Shown one piece after another: positions 15,407-23,391 of a stretch of 32,000 nt of DNA (its first letter is position 1; each line of letters begins with the position of its first letter). This stretch comes from Breznakia blatticola (GTDB taxonomy: Bacteria > Bacillota_I > Bacilli_A > Erysipelotrichales > Erysipelotrichaceae). Under the pieces are notes generated by a model. The model ran no database searches and was not told the DNA's origin. It saw only the letters and a list, made by a program, of their open reading frames with translations. The DNA lies in contig NZ_SODD01000023.1 of the NCBI RefSeq assembly GCF_004365815.1, positions 3,022 through 35,021 on the forward strand, read 5' to 3'. A program made the position numbers and the translations under genes.

Positions 15407-16093
15407 CTATTTTTCGATTTTTTCTAGTAACATGTTTGCACATTCAATTTGGTTTGGAATATTTCCATTTTCATCTTTAATGCGCCAAATGTCTGGAGTG
15501 ATTTCATCAGCCACAACGACTTTTCCATTTTCGTCATATCCAAGTTCAATCTTGAAATCGATTAATGTATATCCCATACTTGCAACTTCTGCACGTAGAA
15601 CTTCTCCTACTTTTACAAGTACAGCTAATGCTTCATCGTATTGTCCAGGTTGTAAGAACCCTTTCATTAAACATAAACGTTCGCTAATTAGTGGATCACC
15701 TTGTTCGTCATCTTTTAGAGTTACTTCTAAGTAAGGTGGTTCAAAAGGAATTCCTTCTTCTAATGTAAAACGACGACACATACTTCCAGCTGTATAGTAA
15801 CGAAGTACAAATTCTAATGGTGGCACAGTAACTTTACGCACTTCCATCAATCCTGCATCAATATCAGAACCAATGTAGTGTGTTGGAATTCCGTGTTTTT
15901 CCATTAATTCAAAGAAATAACTAGTGATTTTTAATCCTGTTTTTCCTTTACCTTCAACACTTCCACCGACTGTGTTACTTCCTGGATCAAATACTCCATT
16001 TTCACCAGTTGCACTATCCTTAAAGAATAGAAATACACGTCCAGCATCATCAGTTAATACATCTTTTGTTTTTCCCGAATACAATGTTTTCAT
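15407..16093 (-). CDS. purC: Phosphoribosylaminoimidazole-succinocarboxamide (SAICAR) synthase
   Basis: LYSGKTKDV at the N-terminus, LIDFKIELG, and DEITPDIWRI all match the conserved PurC pattern. The length of 228 aa also fits. Confidence 0.85.
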   Translation of the reverse strand: MKTLYSGKTKDVLTDDAGRVFLFFKDSATGENGVFDPGSNTVGGSVEGKGKTGLKITSYFFELMEKHGIPTHYIGSDIDAGLMEVRKVTVPPLEFVLRYYTAGSMCRRFTLEEGIPFEPPYLEVTLKDDEQGDPLISERLCLMKGFLQPGQYDEALAVLVKVGEVLRAEVASMGYTLIDFKIELGYDENGKVVVADEITPDIWRIKDENGNIPNQIECANMLLEKIEK

Positions 16094-16192
16094 TTAATTT
16101 CTCCTCATCTTATCACTCGAATTCACAACTAAATCGTTATGTTTTCTATAAGAAATTATAACATTAACCGCTTTTATGGAAAAGAAAATAAT

Positions 16193-16636
16193 CTATAAGT
16201 TTTGTAACGGTATTTTATCTTGTTGTATCCGAGCTTTTAAATCAAGAACTTTTTGCTCAATTTGTTTTGCAGTTGCTGCAAATTCAGACATTGCTTTGCC
16301 ACTAGGATCATCAAGTCCCCAGTCTTCTGTATACACACCAGGAATATTTGGACATTCTACATTACATCCCATTGTAATGATGATATCAACTGTTGGAATA
16401 TCTTGTAACAGTTTTGGATGTTGTGTAGATTCCATATCGATTGTATATAGTTCTTTTATAATTTGAACGGCATCGGGGTTGATGTTAGCTTTTACCATCG
16501 TTCCTGCACTATATACTTCCATTACATCACTTGCAAGTTTTCTAGCAAGCGCTTCTGCCATTTGTGAGCGGCAAGAATTATGGACACATAAAAAAGCTAC
16601 ACGTTTTCTTTGGTGTTTCATATTGTACTTATGCAT
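16193..16636 (-). CDS. arsC: Arsenate reductase, thioredoxin-coupled LMW-PTP type (or LMW phosphatase)
   Basis: P-loop CVHNSCRSQMAE, a downstream Cys pair GCNVECP and DDPSGK parallel the S. aureus/B. subtilis ArsC layout. No arsR or arsB is nearby. Confidence 0.65.
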   Translation of the reverse strand: MHKYNMKHQRKRVAFLCVHNSCRSQMAEALARKLASDVMEVYSAGTMVKANINPDAVQIIKELYTIDMESTQHPKLLQDIPTVDIIITMGCNVECPNIPGVYTEDWGLDDPSGKAMSEFAATAKQIEQKVLDLKARIQQDKIPLQNL

Positions 16637-16741
16637 CTTTTTTACCTAAAGATGATCTGTATTCAATTAATTTCATAGCTAGTCCTCGCTCTTTCTGTTA
16701 CATTGTACTTGGTTTTCTATGGATTGAAAAGTAATTATAAT

Positions 16742-16769
16742 CAAAAAAACATGAACCGCGTGGTTCATA
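16742..16769 (-). terminator. Rho-independent (bidirectional-looking) terminator
   Basis: ATGAACC-ACGC-GGTTCAT followed by GTTTTTTTG on the minus strand. Confidence 0.75.
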
Positions 16770-16778
16770 TCTTTTTGA

Positions 16779-17273
16779 TTAGATTCTTTCGTGGTACTGA
16801 ACATTTACAGAATCACGAATATCCAAAACTGCACGACGTATAATGTCTTTAACAGTAAATGCATCTAGAATATTACTTAGCACAAGTGTACCTTCTGTAA
16901 TATCTGTTGTATAAATCGTGATATCCCCTACTTTTGCAAGACGATCCGTAATGGATTGTTTGACTTGAATGTCTTTCACATGACGAAGTTCAACTTCAAC
17001 TTGTTTCTTTCCAATCAATCCATCAGTTACAATGATTCTTTCGTTTGTTACTTTATAACGTGTATCATTAAAAATCATTTTTGCTTTATCACCTAGTCCT
17101 TCAGGCTTTCCTTCCCATAAGACAACCTCTTTATCTGGTTTTTGATTCGTTGGTGATTCATGTACTTGGTTTGTTGTTGGTTTTCCATCAATTTGAATAT
17201 TTGATAGATCTGTACCACATTTTGCACAAAAATTTGCATCTTGCGCATCAAATCCACATTTCGGACAGAACAT
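16779..17273 (-). CDS. Zinc-ribbon plus bacterial PH (YdbS/YdbT-like) domain protein
   Basis: N-terminal CPKC...CAKC zinc ribbon. The C-terminal part (LWEGKP...YKVTNERIIVTDGLIGKKQVEVELRHVKDIQVKQS..DRLAKVGDITIYT) resembles bPH_2. SD AAGGAGGA lies upstream. Confidence 0.7.
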   Translation of the reverse strand: MFCPKCGFDAQDANFCAKCGTDLSNIQIDGKPTTNQVHESPTNQKPDKEVVLWEGKPEGLGDKAKMIFNDTRYKVTNERIIVTDGLIGKKQVEVELRHVKDIQVKQSITDRLAKVGDITIYTTDITEGTLVLSNILDAFTVKDIIRRAVLDIRDSVNVQYHERI

Positions 17274-17326
17274 TAGAATCCTCCTTTTTGTTTATTATAC
17301 TATATGCAACAATTTATTTCGATTGT

Positions 17327-18991
17327 TTATTCTAATACTAATTCATCATGTATCTCAATATCTTCTTTGATCTCACGTAATTTTGCATTCAGTATTTTAC
17401 GTCCTGGATACATTTCTAAATATGCAACGATAAGTTGATATACTTTTTGTGTACCTCCAGGGATTTTTCTTAGCATTTCAAGTGCATGTATAATAGGATT
17501 ATGTATTTTTGCAGGTGGTGTTGAAAGTTCTATAAATCGCTCTTCATAATAAGTTATCAAATCATTTGTACAATATGGAACTAAGATTTCAACATATTGA
17601 TCCATTTGGTCTATCTTTTTCGCATATGCAAAAAGTAAATCATGATATCCTTCTTGTTTATAAACTCTTGCGATACCATCAAAATCTAGTTTCTCTATAA
17701 ACTTGCGTTTGTTGGTTTTCCACCATAGTGGACTCACTTGTTTGAGAAACACGTGATACATTGTATAATCTCCAATATTATAATCAACTAACCAACACCG
17801 TAAGAGTTCATAGTAATCATGCTCTTTTCGATTATCCAAATAGATTGACTTTATTAAATCATTATATTTCACTGCCATACTCATAAATTGAGGTTTCGAT
17901 TTATTTTTGTCAATAAATGCAAATACATCTGTTTTCTTATCAGACTGAAGAATTTGTTCCAATTGATATACTAAAACACATTCAAAATCACTATACAATT
18001 CAAATATATCATTGTTTTTTGTGCCATTTGGTTTTCTTTTAATGATTTGATTTAATGCAATCAACCATGGTATTCCATTATCTTGGTAATGTTGACTCAT
18101 TCCTTGTTTTAAATATACATCAACAGCATTGCGAATTACGCTTTCGCGCTCTTCCAATAGAATATTATCAAATGCATCTAAAATCAGTGAAATACGATAT
18201 GTATCATCTAAAAATATATGATTACTGCCTTCAATATTTCCTAAAGATTTCAAGATGACTTTTTTCTCAATATCATTCGCTTCTTTGATAACCACATATA
18301 TCAACTCACATATTTTAGCTTGAATCGTTTTTTTATAATTATTGGAGTCTATCGTATCTAATATGCATATCGCTCTAAGTCCTTCCCATAATATCTCATA
18401 TGTTTTTAGGATATCTTTAGATTTTAATGTCTGCAATACACTTGCTTCTATCTCTTCATATGCTAAATCGATTACCACTTCACTGTCTTGATCATCAATA
18501 TAGTCATCATAGTAATCCGTGTAGCCATCACTGATATCTTCTATTCGATTTAATAGTTCTTGAAAATCTGTTGTTGGTTCAAAATCGTATGTCTGATTAT
18601 CAAATGCAAGTTTTTTTAATTGATACGCATCAAATGTTTGAAAACTAAAACTCTTTAATCTATCAAGATAGTCATGTTCTTTCTTCTTGCTAGCTCTAAT
18701 GTATAATTGATTCTCTAAAATGTCCTCTTTCTCACAAACTTCCAATATAACAGCTACTAAATGTTTACAGTTATTCCCACTTTGGAAGTGAGGACAACTA
18801 CATTTCATTTGCACAATCTCATTATTGGAAACTTCAATCATCGTATTATACACTTTTGTACCATATACACGTGCATGATACAGCGTATCTTGTTTTTCTA
18901 TTGCATCAACATAGCCATTATTAAAATATGCTCTTCCGCGTTTACAAACAAAATAATCAAACGCATCTTTCCACATAACGAATTGTTCCAT
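17327..18991 (-). CDS. SWIM zinc-finger domain protein, 554 aa, function unknown
   Basis: The CxCx8CxH motif CSCPHFQSGNNCKH lies at 18761-18802. The remainder looks helical with no enzymatic motif recognised. The ATG lies 1 nt after the upstream stop. Confidence 0.8.
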   Translation of the reverse strand: MEQFVMWKDAFDYFVCKRGRAYFNNGYVDAIEKQDTLYHARVYGTKVYNTMIEVSNNEIVQMKCSCPHFQSGNNCKHLVAVILEVCEKEDILENQLYIRASKKKEHDYLDRLKSFSFQTFDAYQLKKLAFDNQTYDFEPTTDFQELLNRIEDISDGYTDYYDDYIDDQDSEVVIDLAYEEIEASVLQTLKSKDILKTYEILWEGLRAICILDTIDSNNYKKTIQAKICELIYVVIKEANDIEKKVILKSLGNIEGSNHIFLDDTYRISLILDAFDNILLEERESVIRNAVDVYLKQGMSQHYQDNGIPWLIALNQIIKRKPNGTKNNDIFELYSDFECVLVYQLEQILQSDKKTDVFAFIDKNKSKPQFMSMAVKYNDLIKSIYLDNRKEHDYYELLRCWLVDYNIGDYTMYHVFLKQVSPLWWKTNKRKFIEKLDFDGIARVYKQEGYHDLLFAYAKKIDQMDQYVEILVPYCTNDLITYYEERFIELSTPPAKIHNPIIHALEMLRKIPGGTQKVYQLIVAYLEMYPGRKILNAKLREIKEDIEIHDELVLE

Positions 18992-18992
18992 A

Positions 18993-19748
18993 CTACCAGA
19001 TTAGCTCCTCAGATGGATATTCTATCGAACTATCAGTTAAGTCATATATATTACAATCGTATTTTTTAGCTGTTTTTGTATATGATATGTACATTTCATA
19101 ATAGGCATCTGGAAATTTGATGAAACGGTTTGCGATTGTTCTAACTTTCATTGGACGTTTTTCAACTTTCGTTTTTTCGAATTCAATGTTACATTTGTCT
19201 ACATATAAAGCTAAATAATCCTTGTAGGAAACAGCACTTCTTTCGTATGAACGTATAAGTTTACTAGTAGCCTCAAAGCCAATTACTTCTTCAACAGCCT
19301 CCAATATCTTAGCACTTAAGTAATTAATAAGACCTTTATCACGTAGATACATTGGATATGAATATATCCTTGCATATTTATCTTCTAGTTCTTTCGTTGT
19401 AACTAATACTTTTGCATATTTAGCGAGTTTTGGTGCTGCAAATGCGTAAAAAATTGCTTGAGGAAACATGATATTAAAACTATATATTATCGTTGTCTCA
19501 TTGTAGATTTCCATATTTTCTCCAAAAACTTCTTCACTTACTTTGTTGATTTCGCGATCTCCTTGATATGCGTGACGCATATCATAACACATTGCAAGTA
19601 CTTGAAGTGATATACCATAATTTGGATCACTACTATCATCGTCAAATTTCGTTATATTATGCATTGCATCTACAAGTTCTGAAAAGTCACGATAGTTACC
19701 AGAAATTGTTACTCCTAAGAGATTTTTTGTTGGTTTTACTGTAATCAT
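18993..19748 (-). CDS. Hypothetical protein (about 251 aa), no recognisable motif
   Basis: A long ORF in operon context. I prefer the start at MITVKP (GGAG 6 nt upstream). The track start at 19760 would overlap the upstream gene by 11 nt. Confidence 0.65.
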   Translation of the reverse strand: MITVKPTKNLLGVTISGNYRDFSELVDAMHNITKFDDDSSDPNYGISLQVLAMCYDMRHAYQGDREINKVSEEVFGENMEIYNETTIIYSFNIMFPQAIFYAFAAPKLAKYAKVLVTTKELEDKYARIYSYPMYLRDKGLINYLSAKILEAVEEVIGFEATSKLIRSYERSAVSYKDYLALYVDKCNIEFEKTKVEKRPMKVRTIANRFIKFPDAYYEMYISYTKTAKKYDCNIYDLTDSSIEYPSEELIW

Positions 19749-19749
19749 T

Positions 19750-20025
19750 TTATTCTCCATTCTTCCAATCAGCGATATTATATTCGTTCAGTAATTCTTG
19801 TGCTCTTTGTATTCCTTCATCACTAAAAGAAATATATTTAGATTTACTTGGATGTTTTCCTTGGTAGATGAGTTCATCATTTGCAAGCTTATTTATTGCA
19901 CTAAATGAATAACCCTTCAACGATCGTATATCATCAGGATATCCTGGAATTAATGTCTCATTATATCTTGTTAAGTACATAAGTATAAGTGTCAACTCTT
20001 CTACTGCTTGATTTGGATTTCTCAT
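19750..20025 (-). CDS. Small protein (91 aa), possibly winged-helix-like; resembles what I recall as DUF6429-type proteins
   Basis: I set the start at MRNPNQ, preceded by GGGAGG; the track starts 6 codons earlier. The pattern VEELTLILMYLTRY...SLKGYSFSAINKLANDELI...SKSKYISFSDEGIQRAQELL fits that family from memory, but this is unverified. Confidence 0.6.
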   Translation of the reverse strand: MRNPNQAVEELTLILMYLTRYNETLIPGYPDDIRSLKGYSFSAINKLANDELIYQGKHPSKSKYISFSDEGIQRAQELLNEYNIADWKNGE

Positions 20026-20055
20026 ATTAGGCCTCCCTGACATTTTTATACTTTC

Positions 20056-20064
20056 ATCATACCA
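20056..20064 (-). promoter_or_regulatory. Candidate extended -10 promoter (TGGTATGAT) of the SWIM cassette
   Basis: The TGnTATGAT motif lies about 30 nt upstream of the start codon, directly after the terminator of the upstream gene. Confidence 0.4.
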
Positions 20065-20078
20065 TACGTAAATATTCG

Positions 20079-20114
20079 AAAAAACAAAAAGCGATACATC
20101 CTATGACATATCGC
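20079..20114 (-). terminator. Rho-independent terminator after the ABC/FtsX gene
   Basis: GCGATA-12 nt loop-TATCGC followed by TTTTTGTTTTTT. Confidence 0.7.
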
Positions 20115-20130
20115 AATTATTCATTATATT

Positions 20131-23100
20131 CTATTCACTTCGTAGTGCTTCAACTGGATCTTTTCTAGCTGCTGCGGAAGCAGGAATTAGTCCAGAAATA
20201 AAAGCTAAGAACATACTAATACCAATTAGTACTAGTGCTGCAGTTGGATGTAATTGTGCAATATTGGCAATACCAATTTCATCGTAGACGATAACATTGG
20301 CAATCGCGCTAATAATATATGTCACAACAATACCAATAGCACCAGCAGTAAATCCGATAATTAATGTCTCAGAATTAAAGACACGACGTATATCTCGCTT
20401 ACTTGCACCAATTGCTCGTAAGATTCCAATTTCCTTTTTCCGTTCAAGTACAGATATATATGTAATAACTCCAATCATAATACTTGAAACGATTAACGAT
20501 ATTGCCACAAATGCAATTAATGCATAGCTTACAGTGTCCACAATATCTGTTACTGATGACATCAAAGTTCCTACTAAATCTGTATATTTCACAACCTTTG
20601 TTTCTTGGTTTGATTGTTTCATATCATCATTATACGTATCTAGAAACGAAATGATGTTTTCTTTTGTCGTAAAGTCTTTTGGATAAATACTAATTTGGTT
20701 TGGTGCATTTTTATCTGCATAACCAAATGCACGTAGATTGTTTTCAAATGATGATTCTTTTGGATTCATCATCGCTTGAATTAAATCCACCATATCATCT
20801 TCAGTTACATTAATCTTAAATGCATTTTGTAGTGCATTGGTATCAATCGATAAAGCACTTTGTAGTTGATACGGTAATTGTGCAATCGTTGCATCAACTT
20901 GTCCTTGAATTTGACTTTGTACTGACTGCATTAATTGTGTCATATAACTTTGCATAGATGTTGTTATATAGTTTTGGATAACTGCAGTTAGTTGTTCATT
21001 AACTCCAGAATCACCTATGACACTTTGTAGTTCACTTGCAATTTTTTGTTGGACTGCAGGACGCGTAAAGTATTCATTTAGATTTTGCATAAACACTGCA
21101 GGATCTGTTACTCCTGCTTGAATCTGTTCATTAATAAAATCTTGTATCACGCCTGTCATAATTGCAGTCAACTGATCCGTTGGAATTTGTACTTGTCCAG
21201 CAAGTTGTTCTGTAAGTGCACTTACATCCATTTCTGGTGGCTGTACTTGTGAGATATCAACATTGAATAGACTAGACGTATCAATTGTAATCTTGCTTGT
21301 ATCTATATTGAATGCCGAACGAATCGCATTTTCATCAACAGTAAATAATGAAGCTAAATCAAATTGATTTTGTCTATTTTCTTCAGTTTCAGCAACAAAT
21401 GACTTTCCACTTAATACATTCGTTGTTGGTTTAGCAAGTTGCTCTTGTACTAATTTCTCATCCTTTGCCTCTTCCATTAAGTAGCTGATTAGTTCAGGTG
21501 AGTAATTAATTCCAGTTGATAATGATGTTACATTTGCATCAGGATCTGCTTGCACAATCCCAACAATTTTTAAATTCACTCCATCTGCAACAACATTTTT
21601 CATATGTGCTTGATCATCTGACTTATCTAACCATACGTTATGCTCTTGATCAAATACATATTTTTGTGTTGGATTGATTACTTTTAAATTTGTTGCAAGA
21701 ATTTCATCATAACTTACATCTTTTGCACCTTTATTTAAATCCAATTTTTTCGTTGGATCATTCACAAACGCATCAAGCATTTCTTTTAATTGATTGCGAT
21801 CATTAATTCCTAAAGTATAAAGCATATAATCGGATACTCTTCCACTTGGTGAAAGTACCATCACTGCTTCGTCGTATGCTTTAGGCCATCTTCCTGCTTT
21901 AATGTCGTATTGGTTTTCAAACATACTACTATCACCAGGAAGTTCATAGAAATTGTTCATCATCGAAACACCACTTCCCATGACTGCATTCATACCTGAT
22001 GTTGAAGAAAATCCATAGTTTGACATCAAGGCATCAGGGTTTACTTGAGATATCGTTTTTGAAGTATCACCAAGATAAATCTGTGGTGTAACATCATATG
22101 TATATTGAATGTTTTTTACATACGGGTCAATTTCTTTCCCATTGTTTTCAATATATGCTTTTAATGATTTCAAATCATTTTTATTTTGCGCGCTAAACAT
22201 TGTTTCAAGAACCGTATTGACGCCAATTTCACCTTTATTTTTGCCGGAATCATTATCACCATTTTGATTTGGTGCATTGCTTATAAAACTCGTAATATCA
22301 ATTCCTGATGATTGAATCGTCAGTGGATAGATACTCATCGTATCTTCTTCAATATCACCAATGTATGCATTGATACCACTTGCTAATGCAAGAATTGCGG
22401 CAATCCCAATGATTCCTATTGAACCTGCAAGTGAAGTAATAAACGTTCTTCCTTTTTTGGATAACAAGTTACTAAACGATAGCGATAATGCTGTAAATAA
22501 AGACATATTTACACGATTTGGTTTTTTTGCAGTTTTTACTTCCGCTTCCTCTTTTGGCGTAACCGGATTAGTATCACTTTCAATCACCCCATCACGTAAA
22601 CTAATGATACGATTTGCATAATCTTGAGCAAGTTCTGGATTATGTGTAACCATAATAACTAATCGATCTTTAGCGATTTTTGTTAGTAAGTCCATAACTT
22701 GCACACTTGTTTTTGTATCTAGAGCACCTGTTGGTTCATCTGCTAAGAGTATTTCAGGATTGTTGATAAGTGAACGTGCAATTGCAACACGTTGCATTTG
22801 TCCCCCACTTAATTGACTTGGTAGTTTTTTTACATGGTCTTCCAATCCTACCTCTTTTAAAGCTGCAAGTGCGCGTTTGTGTCGCTCTTTTTTTGAAACA
22901 CCACTTATCGTTAATGCAAGTTCAACATTTGCTAGTACACTTTGGTGTGGTATTAAATTGTAGCTTTGAAAAACAAATCCAATTCGATTGTTTCGATATG
23001 TATCCCAGTCGGAAGCTTTGTATTTTTTGGTAGATATCCCATCGATCTCTAAGTCCCCTGATTCGTATTGGTCAAGCCCACCTATAATATTTAACATCGT

Positions 23101-23235
23101 CGTTTTTCCAGAACCACTTGGTCCTAAAATTGCGACGAATTCATTATCACGAAATGTTACACTGACATCATCCAAGGCAACTTGAACAAAATCCTGTGTT
23201 TTATATGATTTTCGAATTTTTTTGAGTTTTAACAT
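20131..23235 (-). CDS. Fused ABC ATPase / FtsX-family permease (MacB-like architecture) with a very large extracytoplasmic domain
   Basis: N-terminal Walker A GPSGSGKTT, signature LSGGQMQR and Walker B ILLADEPT. One TM segment lies near residues 245-290. About 600 aa of soluble-looking, Q-rich sequence follows, ending in a C-terminal FtsX-like 3-TM bundle. Confidence 0.9.
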   Translation of the reverse strand: MLKLKKIRKSYKTQDFVQVALDDVSVTFRDNEFVAILGPSGSGKTTMLNIIGGLDQYESGDLEIDGISTKKYKASDWDTYRNNRIGFVFQSYNLIPHQSVLANVELALTISGVSKKERHKRALAALKEVGLEDHVKKLPSQLSGGQMQRVAIARSLINNPEILLADEPTGALDTKTSVQVMDLLTKIAKDRLVIMVTHNPELAQDYANRIISLRDGVIESDTNPVTPKEEAEVKTAKKPNRVNMSLFTALSLSFSNLLSKKGRTFITSLAGSIGIIGIAAILALASGINAYIGDIEEDTMSIYPLTIQSSGIDITSFISNAPNQNGDNDSGKNKGEIGVNTVLETMFSAQNKNDLKSLKAYIENNGKEIDPYVKNIQYTYDVTPQIYLGDTSKTISQVNPDALMSNYGFSSTSGMNAVMGSGVSMMNNFYELPGDSSMFENQYDIKAGRWPKAYDEAVMVLSPSGRVSDYMLYTLGINDRNQLKEMLDAFVNDPTKKLDLNKGAKDVSYDEILATNLKVINPTQKYVFDQEHNVWLDKSDDQAHMKNVVADGVNLKIVGIVQADPDANVTSLSTGINYSPELISYLMEEAKDEKLVQEQLAKPTTNVLSGKSFVAETEENRQNQFDLASLFTVDENAIRSAFNIDTSKITIDTSSLFNVDISQVQPPEMDVSALTEQLAGQVQIPTDQLTAIMTGVIQDFINEQIQAGVTDPAVFMQNLNEYFTRPAVQQKIASELQSVIGDSGVNEQLTAVIQNYITTSMQSYMTQLMQSVQSQIQGQVDATIAQLPYQLQSALSIDTNALQNAFKINVTEDDMVDLIQAMMNPKESSFENNLRAFGYADKNAPNQISIYPKDFTTKENIISFLDTYNDDMKQSNQETKVVKYTDLVGTLMSSVTDIVDTVSYALIAFVAISLIVSSIMIGVITYISVLERKKEIGILRAIGASKRDIRRVFNSETLIIGFTAGAIGIVVTYIISAIANVIVYDEIGIANIAQLHPTAALVLIGISMFLAFISGLIPASAAARKDPVEALRSE

Positions 23236-23335
23236 ATAGTTCCTTTCATAAACACTCTCCCGTGGGCATATTATATCAAACTTTCTATGTAGATACTATG
23301 TAATCTATAACTAACTTCATCACACAATTATTACG

Positions 23336-23372
23336 AAAAAGACACCATCACTGAGGATGTGATGATGTCTTT
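23336..23372 (-). terminator. Rho-independent terminator after the surface protein gene
   Basis: A 13-bp stem AAGACAUCAUCAC/GUGAUGGUGUCUU followed by UUUU. Confidence 0.8.
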
Positions 23373-23391
23373 GTGTGAAGTGTAGGTATAA

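Noticed and set aside
16094-16192. Purine riboswitch or PurR box upstream of purC
   Set aside because: The leader is only about 100 nt and lacks the conserved purine-riboswitch core. AAAACATAACGATT is only a loose resemblance to a PurBox.
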